This document shows positions 16,720 through 29,157 of a stretch of DNA of 64,000 nt, piece by piece; position 1 is the first letter of the stretch, and every line of letters starts with the position of its first letter. Source of the DNA: the human T2T-CHM13v2.0 reference genome, Homo sapiens; the NCBI RefSeq assembly GCF_009914755.1, contig NC_060928.1, one strand, 5' to 3'. The translations under genes and the position numbers were made by a program. The notes under the pieces were generated by a model that saw nothing but the letters and a program-made list of their open reading frames with translations, did no database searches and was not told the origin of the DNA.

Positions 16720-17330
16720 TGAGAGGTGAAGCCAGCTGGACTTCCCGGGTGGAGTGGGGACTTGGAGAACTTTTCTGTCTAGCTAAAGGAATGTAAATGC
16801 ACCAATCAGTGCTCTGTCTAGTTAAAGGATTGTAAATGGACCAATCAGTGCTCTGTAAAATGGACCAATCAGCAGGACGTGGGCAGGACCAAATGAGGGA
16901 ATAAAAGCTGGCCACCTGGTTGCCACTCTCCCCTTCCACGCTGTGGAAGCTTTGTTCTTTCACTTTTCACAGTAAATCTTGCTGCTGCTCACTCTTTGGG
17001 TCCTCACTATCTTTATGAGCTGTAACACTCACTGCAAAGGTCTGCAGCTTCACTCCTGAAGTCAGCGAGACCATGAATCCACTGGGACTAACAAACAATT
17101 CTGGACTAAGAGCTGTAACTCTCACTGCAAAGTTCTGCAGGTTCATTCCTGGAGTCAGCAAGACCATGAACCCACTCCGGAAGAAACTCCGGACACATCT
17201 GAACATCTGAAGGAACAAACTCCGGACACACCATCTTTAAGAACTGTAACACTCACCGCAAGGATCCGTGACTTCATTCTTGAAGTCAGCGAGAACAAGA
17301 ACCCACTGGAAGGAACCAATTCTGGACACA
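16720..17330 (+). mobile_element. Solo LTR12 (ERV9/HERV9 LTR)
   Basis: Starts TGAGAGGTGAAGCCAGCTGG, has three ACCAATCAG repeats and U5 repeats (gctgtaacactcac, gaagtcagcgaga), and ends GGACACA. Confidence 0.95.
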
Positions 17331-17439
17331 ACTGGACTGCACATCCTAGGGAGAGCAAAAGATACAGACCTGGAAATACTTAATTTCCTTTTGTTTCCAG
17401 GATGCATTAGGTAACATATCATGTTGTGATAGAACTACC

Positions 17440-17612
17440 TGCTTTGATCCTATGAAAGCATTTATCAAAGCATATTGTAATAATCTACTATTGCCTTAGT
17501 CTTCTCCATTGTAATGTGCACAATTTAAGGAAAGGTATGTCTAAAAATCTGTATATCCAATATTTGACTCGTTGTGGTACATAGTAGCACACAAAAAATT
17601 TGTGAAATGAAG
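17440..17612 (+). mobile_element. L2 3' end
   Basis: ggtacatagtagcacacaaaaaatttgtgaaatgaa tail. Confidence 0.55.
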
Positions 17613-18141
17613 GATGCATGAGAGTGGAGCTGGGGATAATATAGTTTGTTTATTTTAGACCGATCGAGCAGGTCCAGAGGCAATAAGTGAAAATTCAAAG
17701 AACATGCTTTTTGTCATATATAAGACAGATATTTCAAGTATTCTAGAATAGTCTAAAAAGAAGGATCTATTTCCATGAAGGCACTTGAGTGGACAGCTGA
17801 ATGACAACTTGTTGGAGGGATTGTAGAGAAGAATTAAGTAAAATTGTAACCACTATTAATTGATCAAAAGCCTTTGTTATCATTTATGTTGATTTATATC
17901 CTAACATTATGTAATATTATTTCTATCTTTAAGAAAACATTCTTAATATTGTATGATATAGCTCCTCATCTTCAAAGAATTAATACAGCTTAATAATATT
18001 AGTTTTATAAACAGCACTAAGAACGTTGAAAATGAAGAGAAAATATGTATGGGTTAGTCAATGTCTTATAAGGTGCTATTTAAAATTGTAGTTAAGAAAT
18101 TATACATTATTACTAAAGATAACTAGCTACAAAATGTTGCG

Positions 18142-18182
18142 CTCTTTCTTTCTCTTCTCTCTCTCTCTTTCTCTGTCTCTCT
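18142..18182. repeat. (CT)n-rich microsatellite
   Basis: Read directly. Confidence 0.9.
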
Positions 18183-18637
18183 AGAAACAGAATGGCAAAT
18201 GCAAATAGTGAAGCAAATGAATTAAATACAAATATTTTTACAAATACTGTATTTGTGGTATGTCAATATGTTGTCAGAAAAGGAATTTATCATAGATAAT
18301 TTTTATTGAAATGTAACCTTAAGTTTCTAGAGCCAAGGGAAGAGCAAAAAAGTGGTGAAGATAATAAAAAAAGAGTCAATTAATTAATGATTCATTCATA
18401 GTGACTGTAATTCAGAAAACATGACAAAAGACTATGACATTTATAAGAATAATGTTATTTTTAAAAATATGGGTACAATAGCTTATTTCTAAATTGAAAA
18501 TGTTATTACTTTTTCAGTATTTTATTTTTCAAATATCCATATTTCATCCTATTTATAAATGCGAAAACAATAAAATGTTACTAGTGGACATTTGTATCTA
18601 TTTAGCATTTTTGATGGGTCAAAATATTTACATATAT

Positions 18638-18757
18638 TTTAAACATATTTGTTGGCTGTCAAGTATATATTTGACTCTTTAAACATATATTTATTGGCTG
18701 TCAAGTATATATTTGACTCTTTAAACATATATTTATTGGCTGTCAAGTATATATTTG
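18638..18757. repeat. 42-bp minisatellite, about 3 copies
   Basis: Unit TTTAAACATATATTTATTGGCTGTCAAGTATATATTTGACTC starting at 18638, 18678 and 18720. Confidence 0.95.
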
Positions 18758-19319
18758 TCATGGTATTTACTCAGCTTGAGTGTCATACAGCATCATCTAT
18801 TGACATATGAAATAATTCAGTTTTCAGTTGTTATTACTGATTGACACTAAATTTCTTTGTTGAAAAATTCAATACTTTGATATCTATTCTACACTTCATG
18901 ATCTTTAATTTATCCATTTGAGAATGAATTTTTACCTAGAGAATGTTTTACGCTTATTTTATATAGATGGATCTTATTCTTTAATAAATAAGATAAAAAC
19001 ATATAGAGTCTCATGTGTATATGCCAGATGATTGATTCCAATGGCCTGTAGATATGAAAATAATTATTTTAAAATGAAATATGAGCAAAGAAGTATTTTA
19101 AGATGTAGACTTCCTCAGAAGAGAACCAGAAATATGGGTTCATGTAAGAAATAACAAATGGCAATGTATGGAGTACTCTAGATACCTTCTTAATTAGAGA
19201 TAAATGTGTTGTACAAATAATGAGACTGGCATGTGGGAAAAATATGTTTTCTCCTTGTTTGCTTTACCTTTTAATTGGGTTATGAAATTGTTTAATAATA
19301 CAAGCAAGACATTTCTAAT

Positions 19320-19530
19320 ACTGAACTCTTGAGACCAGACCCAGATTGCACTTTGCATATTCAATGAACATGATGAAGATTTCAGTTTTTCAAAGTAGAA
19401 ATCAGGTTAGTCAAATACTGAAATAAAGTGAATCATCTCTCAAATTTATGCTGAGCTACTGTGAGGATTAAAAGAGATAAACTTTGAAAATTGCTTGACA
19501 GTGGATCTGACACATAGTAGGGGCTTAAAA
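19320..19530 (+). mobile_element. MIR
   Basis: tgtgaggattaaaagagata..gcttgacagtg..tgacacatagtagg. Confidence 0.6.
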
Positions 19531-20004
19531 AGAAAGACATTACTATAAATATAACTTAATCATTTAATAAAATGTATAATATTTTAATATACGGATAATA
19601 TCTTTCAAAAAAATAAATAATCCAAGGTTTTCTCACCTTAATATAGAGTAATTTTTGAGTGGGCCTTTGAAACGCCTAGCACACATGTTTTTCTCCATTT
19701 CCTTTACCCAAACACTCATATTCCCATAATCCATCCCCACACCCTCAAGTCAAACTCATCTCATTTCTCTCCATTTCTTAGAACTATGTGCACTCTGTTT
19801 TATTACTGGAAATTTCTTTTCATTCTTTCTCAGTTTATTTCATTTTCAATCTTTTGTCTTGATCAAATATGGCTCTCCCCCAATTATGCCACAGTCAATG
19901 CTGTCTTTTCTTTATATTTCTTATTCTATATTCTATATAAAGCCACCTTAATCTCTGATTTGCCTACTTTTTTCTAACATCTTCAGTCAAATTTAATTCA
20001 TTGA

Positions 20005-22369
20005 CTGTGATACCTTATTTTATTGTGCTTTGCAGGTATTACACTCTTTCACAAATTGAAGTTTTGGGGCAATCTCACATTTACCAAGTCTATCAGCAAT
20101 CATTTTTCCAACAGCATGTGCTCACTTCATGTCTCCATGTTATATTTTGGTAAATCTAGCAATATGTCAAACTTTTCCATTATTATTGTATTTGTTATGG
20201 TGGATCCATGATCATGATCTTTGATATTACTGCTGTAATAGTTTGGACATCATGAATATGTCCATTTAAATATAAGACAGCAAACCTAATACATAAATGT
20301 TTTGTGTGTTCTGACTCTTCCACCATCCAGTTCTTTCCCCATCCCTCTCCTTCTCCTGAGGCCTATTCCCTGAGACACAACAATATTTAAATTAGGCTAA
20401 ATAATAACCCTACAGTGTGCTGTAAGCGTTCAAGTTAAAGGAAGTGTTACACTTCTCTCACTTTCAATGAAAAGCTAAAAATGATTAAGCATAGTGAGAA
20501 TGACATGTCAAAAGCCAAAACAGGCTAAAAGCTAGACCTCTTGTGTCAAATAGTAAGCCATGTTGTCAATGTAAAGAAAAAGTCCTTGAAGGAAATTAAA
20601 AGTGCTATTCCAGTGAACACACAAATGGTAAGGGAGCAAAATAGACTTATTGCTGATATGGAAAAAGTTTTAGTGGTCAAACCAGCCACTACATTCCCTT
20701 AAACCAATGTGAAATTCAGATCAAGGTCCTAAATCTCTTCAATTCTCTGAAGGCTGGAAGAGGTAAGGAAGCTACTGAAGAAAAGTTAGAAGCTAGCAGT
20801 GGTTAGTTCATGAGATTTTTAAAAAGCCAAATCTATAAGATAACAGCACAAAATGAAGCAGGAAGTGTTAATGTAGAGTTGTAACCAGTTTTCTGGAAGA
20901 TATAGCTAAAATAATTAATGAAGATAATTACAATAAACAACAGATTTTCAATGTAGATGAAATGGCCTAACATTGGAAGAAGATGCTATCTAGGACTTAC
21001 ATAGCTAAAGAGGAGAAGCCAATGCTTGGGTTCAAAGCTTCCAAGGAAAGGCTGACTTTCTTGTTAGGGGCTAATGCAGCTGGTGACTTTACATTGAAGT
21101 CAGTGATTATTTGCCATTCAAAAATGCTAGGGCCCCTAAGAATTATGCTAAATCTACTCTGCCTGTGTTCTATAAATGGAACAAAGCCTGGACGACAACA
21201 CATCTGTTTGTAGCATGATACACTGAGTAGTTTAAGCCTACTGTTGAGAACTCTTGCTCAGAAAAAAAGATTCCTTTCAAAATATTACTGTTCAGTGACA
21301 ATGCACCTAGTCACCCAAGAGCTCTGATGGAGCTGTGCAAAGAGATCAATGTCATTTTCATTCCTCCAACACAACATTCATTCTGCAGCCTATGGATCAA
21401 GAAGTAATTTCAACTTTCAAGTCTTATTATTTAAGAAATACATTCTGTAAGGCTATTGTCACCACAGATCATGATTCCTTTGGTGGATCTGGACAAAGTA
21501 CATTGAAAACCATCTGGAAGGGATTCACCATTCTAGATGCCAATAAGATCATTCATGACTCATTGGAGGAGGTCAAAATCCCAATTTTAACCAGAGTTTG
21601 GAAAAAATTAATTCCAATCCTAATGGATAACTTTGACGGGCTCAATAAGTCAGTGTAGAAAGTAAATGAAAATGTAGTAGAAATAATAAGAGAACTATAA
21701 TTAGAAGTGGAGCCTGAAGATGTGACTGAATTGCTGCAATCTCATGACAAAAATTGAATAGATGAGGAATTGCTTCTTATGAATAAGCAAGGGAAGTGTT
21801 TTATTGAGCTGAAATCTATTCCTAGTGAAGATGAATAACATTGAAATGATAAAAGATTTAGAATATTACATAAAGTTAGTTAGTTAATAAAAGCAGTGGC
21901 AAGGCTTGAGAACTGTGACTCCAGTTTTGAAGGAAGTTCTACTGTGAGTAAAATGCTATCAAACAGCACTGCATGCTACAGAGAAATCTTTCATGAAAGG
22001 AAGTGTCAATTGACGTGGCCAACTTCTTGTCCTATTTTAAGAAATTGCCATAGCCACCCCAACCTTTAGCAACCACCTCCTTGATCAGTCAGCAGCTGTT
22101 AGCATCAAGGATAAACCCTCGACCAGCAAAAAGAACATGACTTGCTGAAGGTTCAGATGATTGTTATCATTTTTAATGTATTTTTAATTAAGGTATATAT
22201 TATTTTTAAAGTTATAATGCAATTGCACTTAATAGACTACAATATAGTGTAAACATAACCTTTATAGGCACTGGGAAATAAAAAAAATTTGTGTGAATCA
22301 CTTTATTGCAATATCTACTTTATTGCAGTAGTCTGGAACTGAACCCTCAATATCTTCAAAATATGCCTG
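20005..22369 (+). mobile_element. Near full-length Tigger1 (TcMar/pogo) DNA transposon with decayed transposase
   Basis: Degenerate left TIR ctgtgatacct; right end atatgcctg followed by TA. DDE-type motifs FNVDE (about 20947), DNAPSHP (about 21297) and LQPMDQ (about 21383). Multiple stops and frameshifts. Confidence 0.95.
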
Positions 22370-22371
22370 TA

Positions 22372-22950
22372 TTCAGTTTATGAACAGGTATTTATTAAGT
22401 GCCTTCTATGTGCCAGGTACCATTCTAGGACCTTACAATGTATCAGTAGACATAATAGACAGAAATACAGTACTGGAGTACCTTCCATTTAGTGGTGGTG
22501 TGGAATATAGACTATGAACAATAAACATGAAAAATAATTCACTTATAAATAATGCTAAAATTAATAAGTGCTATAAAAAGGAGAATAAAGGGGATAGGAG
22601 TGGATAAAGGGGAGTGTAGATTCAATTTGAAATAATATGGTCAGGATAGGACTCATTGATTAAAGTGTAGTGGGGAAAAGATAAAGCATTAGCACCATGA
22701 ATATTTTTGGGAAAAGTAGTTCGTGTGAAAGAAAGAGACAAATCTATTGCATCCAAAATGAAATGACTAGGAAGTAGAGCAGTTGGAGAAGTCAGATATA
22801 TGACATTGGCCAGACACTGCACATGAAGTCCACATTACATGTTGCTTTCACATGGAGTTAAGGAGAGTCGCTGGAGGATTTTGAGCAAAGCAGCATCAAG
22901 GTCTGAATTACATTTTGGAAGAATGATTCTGTTCGCTATGTTGAGAATAG
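22372..22950 (-). mobile_element. L2
   Basis: tatttattaagtgccttctatgtgccaggtaccattctagg..ggaggattttgagca. Confidence 0.8.
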
Positions 22951-24084
22951 AAAACATTGGTTGGCAGGGGTAGGGTGGCAAGGAAGAAAAAGAACATAAA
23001 TTTCTGTTTCATTTATTTTCACTTTATGCCCATGTAATTTGTGTCATAATATAGTCAATCTGCAATTCATGTTTTATACTTTTTAGGTGATTTAAGGCTT
23101 AAGTTATATATATTTTTATGCCATAAACTGCTGCCAGTATTGGCAGCTCCAACATCTATCTCGATAATCTTTTAAATAGCTAAACATTAAGGATCCTTAA
23201 CTGGTTTTGCTCCATTGATATATCAATACATCACATTGTACTTTGGCCATATCCTAATTACTGACAAAACAAAGCATATCCCGCCTCTGGGTTGATGAAT
23301 TTGGTCCAGAGACTCTTTTTCTTAAAATTTCTTGTCTTTCAAAATTAATACAGTTGTTAGGTTAATGTATCAGACTGACATTGACCTACATTCAGTAATT
23401 TCTCTAAGATTGTTAACTTTCCCTAGCATTAAGAAATTATGACTTAGCATAAATGCCAGATTCATCCCCAACAAATACATTCTTAGTACCATATTTGTCA
23501 ATTTATTAATGTTTTCCTGCTTGGAATCCTTTCCCTTCTGTACAACCTATCAATTCATCAAAGCCTATTACATGTTTTATCTTCTTTATGAGGATTTCTT
23601 TAACCCTTCCAGTCAACATACATATATTTTCTTCTTCTGCCAAGAAAATTACTTAATCAACCTATATTTAATAAGTAGCAACTAAGTTTCTGGAACTGTA
23701 CCAAATCTGGGGGAGGAGTCTGATTTGAATCACTAATGAATGGATTATTAGACACTAAGAGCTCAGAAGGAAAGAGGATATAATAAAATAACATGTAGCT
23801 CAGGTACCTGACCTATCCTGAGGAGCTGGCAACTAACCTAAGATGAATTGGAGTTATTTAGACAAATGAGGGTGGAGATGAACAGGGCATCCTTATTTGG
23901 TCTTAACCATCAGTCCATCATACATCAGGCTTTTTAATTTTTTTATTTTTGTCTCATTTCATGTAATCCTGCTCTCAATTCTAATTTTTACAGTTGTCAA
24001 AATAAATTTTATAATTTAAAAAATACTAAAATATACCTTGAAAACCACTAGTATTTTAAATACATAATTTTTGTAATGTTTTGA

Positions 24085-24692
24085 TTTTGATTTTTTTATA
24101 ATTTCAACTTTTATATACAGGGGTTACAGGTGTAGGTTTGTTACATGCATATATTGCATGATGCTGAGGCATGGAGTATGAATGATCCTGTCACCCAGAT
24201 AGGGAGCATAATACCCAACAAGTAGTTTTTCAGCCCTTGGCTCCCTCCTGCTCTCCACCCTTATTAGTCCCCAGCGTCTATTGTTACCATCTTTTTGTCC
24301 ATGTCTTTATCAGCAGCATGAAAACAGATTAATAACCCATGTTGCTGCAAATGATAGATTTTCATTTTTTTAATAGTTTACTACTATTCTATTGTGTATA
24401 CATACCACATTTTCTTGATCCATTCTTCTGTTGATGGGTACTTAGGTTGACTTCATGTCTTTGCTACTGTGAAAACTGCTGCAATAAACATGAGAGTATA
24501 GATATACCTTCAGTATCCTCATTTCTTTTATTTTGAATATAAATACTCAGCAGTAGGATTGCTGAAGCATATGGTAGTTTTATTCCTAGCATTTAAGGAA
24601 CCTCCGTACTGTTTTCCATAATGGCTGTACTAATTCATATTCCCAAAAACAGTGTATGAGACTTCCTTTTTCTCTGCATCCTTGTCAGCATT
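24085..24692 (-). mobile_element. L1PA15-16/L1PB-like 3' fragment
   Basis: atttcaacttttat..ggtttgttacatg..atgatgctgagg 3'UTR followed by the ORF2 end. Confidence 0.85.
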
Positions 24693-25734
24693 AAATTAAT
24701 AAAATTAAAATAGGTATAAAATGCTTTGCATCATCTTTTAAAAACGATTTTTATAAAGAAATTCTAAGAATTTAACATTCTGTCTCTTCAATATTTGTGA
24801 ACTTGTAAAAAGTATGTATACAAGTGGCCAAAAACTAGAATGAAGAATGGAAAATAAAGCATGATTTTTAAAAGTGATCAGTTCAATAGTGATTTTTTCT
24901 ATAGTGTTTCTTTTTATAATACATGGGTAGCAAGATTTAAGAATAATAAGAAAATGTCTTAGTTTACATATTTATACAATATTGATTAATCAAGGTATGA
25001 GTATGCACATTTGAATATATAGAATGGACTAGATCCAACATATGCTTCTCCCTGTCCATACATCATATTTAGAATTTTAACTCTCATATATAGCATAAGT
25101 CCAAATCCCATCTTTCTAAATTTTATTTCTTTGCTTCTGCCATAAAGGATGCTTTCATCCGAAGATTATCTATTGCATTTCAACTACTCATAACCTACTA
25201 ATCAGCTTTGGTGGCATTTTTTTCATGTCATATGCAGATTATACAAATGTTTTACATATTATCAAAAAGTCCATTCTTTTTGACACTTCAGCCAGGTGTG
25301 GAAAAATTTCTAACACTGTTTTCCTTCTAACAGATTAAAATTACTGTTATTTTGAGAGTTTGGTATAATTTTAGAATCAGCAATGCTAGGTTTTTTTCAT
25401 ACACTATTTATGAAGAATAGTATGAAATCACCATACCAGCTGCAATATATTGTTAAACTCTCCAAAGAACACTTTCTATTATTTTGTCTCTCTGTGTCAT
25501 TGTCTTTCTTTCCTCCTGTGTTTTTGTATCAGACAACACTTGTTTTCTGAAGGGAAAATGATGATCATATCTGTTGTAATTCTGAAGGTTCTTCAAATGC
25601 AAAAGGATTTATAACTCTTATATTATCTATGATTCTGTATGAATTGGAAATAAAATACTATTAGATTAAAATTGAAAAATAATTTTAAAAGCATCCTTTC
25701 GTTGTTTAGTTATATTTCTTTGGTATAAAACTAC

Positions 25735-26836
25735 ACGTTCATTTAAGTCTTTAATGTATCTTGAGTTATAATAATTTTTGTATAGGGTGAAAAATGGAGA
25801 TCCTGGACTTCAATCTTCTGCATATAGCTCTTAGTTATCCCAGCACCATATATTGACTAGGGAGATTTTTCCCTATTGTTTGTTATTGTCAATATTGTTG
25901 CAGATCAGCTGGTTGCAGGTGTATGGCTTTACTTCTGGGTTCTCTATCCTGTTCTATTGGTCTATGTGTTTATTTTGTACCAGTACCATACTGCTTTGAA
26001 TACTGTAGCCTGGGGTAGTGTGATGCCTCCAGGTTTGTTCTTTGCTTAGGATTGCTTTGGCCCTTTTGATTCCATGTGAATTATAGAATAGTTTTCTTTA
26101 ATTCTGTGAAAAATGACATTGGTAATTTGATAGGAATAGCATTAAATCTATAAATTGCTTTGGGCAGTCTGGCCATTTTAACAATACTGATTCTTCCTGG
26201 CCTTGAGCATGAAACGTTTTTCTATTTGTTTGTGTCATCTCTAATTTCTTTCAACAGTGTTTTGTAATCCTCATTTTAGAGATCTTTCATCTCCTTGGTA
26301 AGCTATAGTCCTAGATATTTTATTTTTGTGGCTGTTGCAAATGGCATTGCATTCTTGATTGGGCTTTCAACTTGAATATTGTTGGTGTATGGAAATGCTA
26401 CTGACTTTTGTGCATTGGCATTATATCCTGAAACTTTACTGAAGTCATTTATCAATTTTAGAAGCCTTCTGGCAGAGCCTCTGGGGCTTTTTAGGTATAG
26501 AATCATATTGCCTGCAAAGAAAAATAGTTTGACTTGTTCTCTTTTTATCTGGATGCTTTTTTTTTTTCTTTCTCTTGCCTGATTGCTTTGGCTAGGACTT
26601 CCAGTACTATGTTGAATAGAAAGGCTGTGAGTGGACATGCTTATCGTGTTACAGTTCTCAAGGGGGAATGGTTCCAGCTTTTGTTCATTTAGAATGATGT
26701 TGGCCGTGGATTTGTCATATAGAGCTCTTATTATTTTGCGGTATGGTCCTTTGATGTCTAACTTGTAGAGGATTTTTAACATGAAGGGATGTTGCATTTT
26801 TTTGAAAAGGCTTTTCTCCATCTATTGAAATAATCA
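25735..26836 (-). mobile_element. Old L1PA/L1PB ORF2, inverted 5' arm of a twin-primed insertion
   Basis: Antisense RT-domain sequence (ORF track 26303-26821). Confidence 0.85.
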
Positions 26837-26845
26837 CCAGGATAT

Positions 26846-28338
26846 GACATTCTGGATATCAGCCTTAGCAAAGAGTTTATGACTATGTCCCCAAAATCAA
26901 TTGCAATGAAAACAAAAGTTGACAAGTTGAATCTAATTAGACTACAGAGGTTCTGCACAGGAAAATAAGCTATTGACAAAGTAAACAGACAACCTACAGA
27001 ATGGGAGATAATATTCCCAAACTATGCATCAGATGAAGTTCTAATATTTAGAATCTATAAAACACTTAAGCTATTGCATAAAGAATAAATAACCTTATTA
27101 AAAATGGGCAAATTACATGAACAGATACTTCTTAAAAGAAGACATACATGTGCCCAATAAATATATGAAAAAATGCTATCATCACAAATCATTAGACAAA
27201 TGCAAATTCAAACCACAAGGAGATACCATCTCACAACAGTCAGTATGGCTATTACTAAAAAAGTCAAAGAAAATACTGCAGGAAAAAGATAGGTATAAAA
27301 AAATTTAAAAAAAATTAACAAAGGTCAAAGTACAATAGATGCTGGCAAGGTTGCATAGAAAAGGTGACACTTATACACTGCTAGTGGGATGTAAACCAAT
27401 TCAGCCACTGTAGAAAGCAACTTAAAACACAACTACCATTTGATCCAGCAATTTAACTACTTGGTATTTACCCCAAAGCACAAGAAATATTCTACCAAAA
27501 AGACACATGCACTCATATGTTCATTGCAGCACTATTCACAATAGCAAAGACATGGAACCAATCAAGATGCCCATCAGTGGTGGACTGGATAAAGAAAATG
27601 TGATACATAAACCATGGAATACTATGCAGCCACAGAAAAGAACAAAATGATGTCCTTTGCAGCAACATGAATGCTAGAGGCCATTATCCTAAGCAAACTA
27701 ATGCAGAAATGGAAAACCAAGTATCACATATTATTACTTACAAGTGGGAGGTAAACACTGAATACACATGGACAAAAAGTGGAAACAATAAATACTGGGG
27801 ACTGCTTTAGTGGGGAGAGAGCTAGAGTGGTGTACTGTGCTCATGACCTGGGTGATGGTATCATTTATACACCAAGCCTCAGTGGCACACAATTTGCCCA
27901 TTTAACAAACATGCACATTATATTAGTCTGTTCTCACACTGCTAATAAAGACATACCCAAGACTGAGTAATTTATAAAGGAAAGAGGTTTAACTGATTCA
28001 CAGTTCAGCATGGCTGGGGAGGCCTCAGGAAACCTACAATCATGGTGGAAGGGGAAGCAAACACATCTTTCTTCACATGGTGGCAGCAAGGAGAAGTGCA
28101 GAGCAAATCGGGGGAAAGCCCCATATAAAATCGTCAGATCTCATGATAAGTCACTCACTATCATGAGAACAACATAGAGGTAACCACCCCCATAATTCAA
28201 TGACCTTCACCTGGTTCCTCCCACAACACATGGGGATTATGGGAACTACAACGCAAGATGAGATTTCGGTGGTGACACAGCCAAACTATATCACACATGT
28301 ACCCCTAGAACCTAAAATAAAAGTAGATGAAGAAAAAA
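26846..28338 (+). mobile_element. Same L1, sense 3' arm to the A-rich tail (interrupted by THE1)
   Basis: ORF2 C-terminal region, 3'UTR, and ctaaaataaaagt..aaaaaa tail. Confidence 0.85.
27919..28293 (-). mobile_element. Solo THE1C/THE1D LTR (MaLR)
   Basis: 375 bp, tatattagtc...ccaaactatatca, with perfect 5-bp TSD CACAT (27914-27918 and 28294-28298). Confidence 0.93.
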
Positions 28339-28806
28339 CAATTCCCTCCATTTTCTAATAAAATTTCTCAGAAACCACCCAATCTTTATAAAATTTAACT
28401 TGAACATATCTAAACTCTTACTCACCTGTAGTATTCCTTCTCTAATTATTACATGATTTGAAATTAAACCCTTTACTTTCATCTACCTTTCTTTAAAATA
28501 TGCAAGTTACTTTATACACTGCCTTTTTAGTACATCAAAATGTTTTGTTGTTATTGGTGCAAAACTTCAACACAAGATAATACTGCATACCATTTTCTAT
28601 CAGATTTGTTGGTTAAAATTATTGTAATCAAGATATCACAATATGTAAATTACCCACTATTTAATGGTATAAGTATATAACTGTTAATTATTTATATTGG
28701 ATTATTGGATTTATATTGGATAACATACAGAAATTATTATATTTCTGTATGTTAGAAATCCAACCAGGAATATACAACATTTCAGCAACAATATTAAGAA
28801 TAATAA

Positions 28807-29091
28807 GGCTGGGTGCAGTGGCTCACGCTTGTAATCCCAGCACTTCGAGAGGCTGAGGCGGGTGGATCATGAGGTTAGGAGTTCGAGATCAGCCTGGCCA
28901 ACATAGTGAAACCCTGTCTCTACCAAAAATAAAAAAAAAATTAGCCAGGTGTGGTGGTGAGCACCTGTAATCCTAGCTACTTGGGAGGCTGAGGCAAGAG
29001 AATTGCCTGAGCCCAGTAGGTGGAGGTTGTGGTGAGTCGAGATTGCGCCATTGCACTCCAGCCCAGGAGACAGTGTGAGACTCTGTCTCAA

Positions 29092-29132
<41 letters not shown>

Positions 29133-29157
29133 GAAGAAGAAGAAGAAGAAGAAGAAA
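28807..29157 (+). mobile_element. AluS (Sg/Sc-like) with (AAT)13(AAG)8 tail
   Basis: Full dimer; tail repeats at 29092-29130 and 29131-29154. Confidence 0.95.

Noticed and set aside
18184-18262. Possible exon after the (CT)n tract with a defensin-like NGKCK peptide
   Set aside because: That frame stops immediately and the six-cysteine pattern is absent; the acceptor is just the microsatellite.
18638-18757. CRISPR-like palindromic direct repeats
   Set aside because: Head-to-tail with no unique spacers, no cas genes, and primate context.
20983-21658. Tigger ORFs as a domesticated TIGD1-like gene
   Set aside because: The transposase is broken by stops and frameshifts and lies inside an ordinary TIR-bounded Tigger1.
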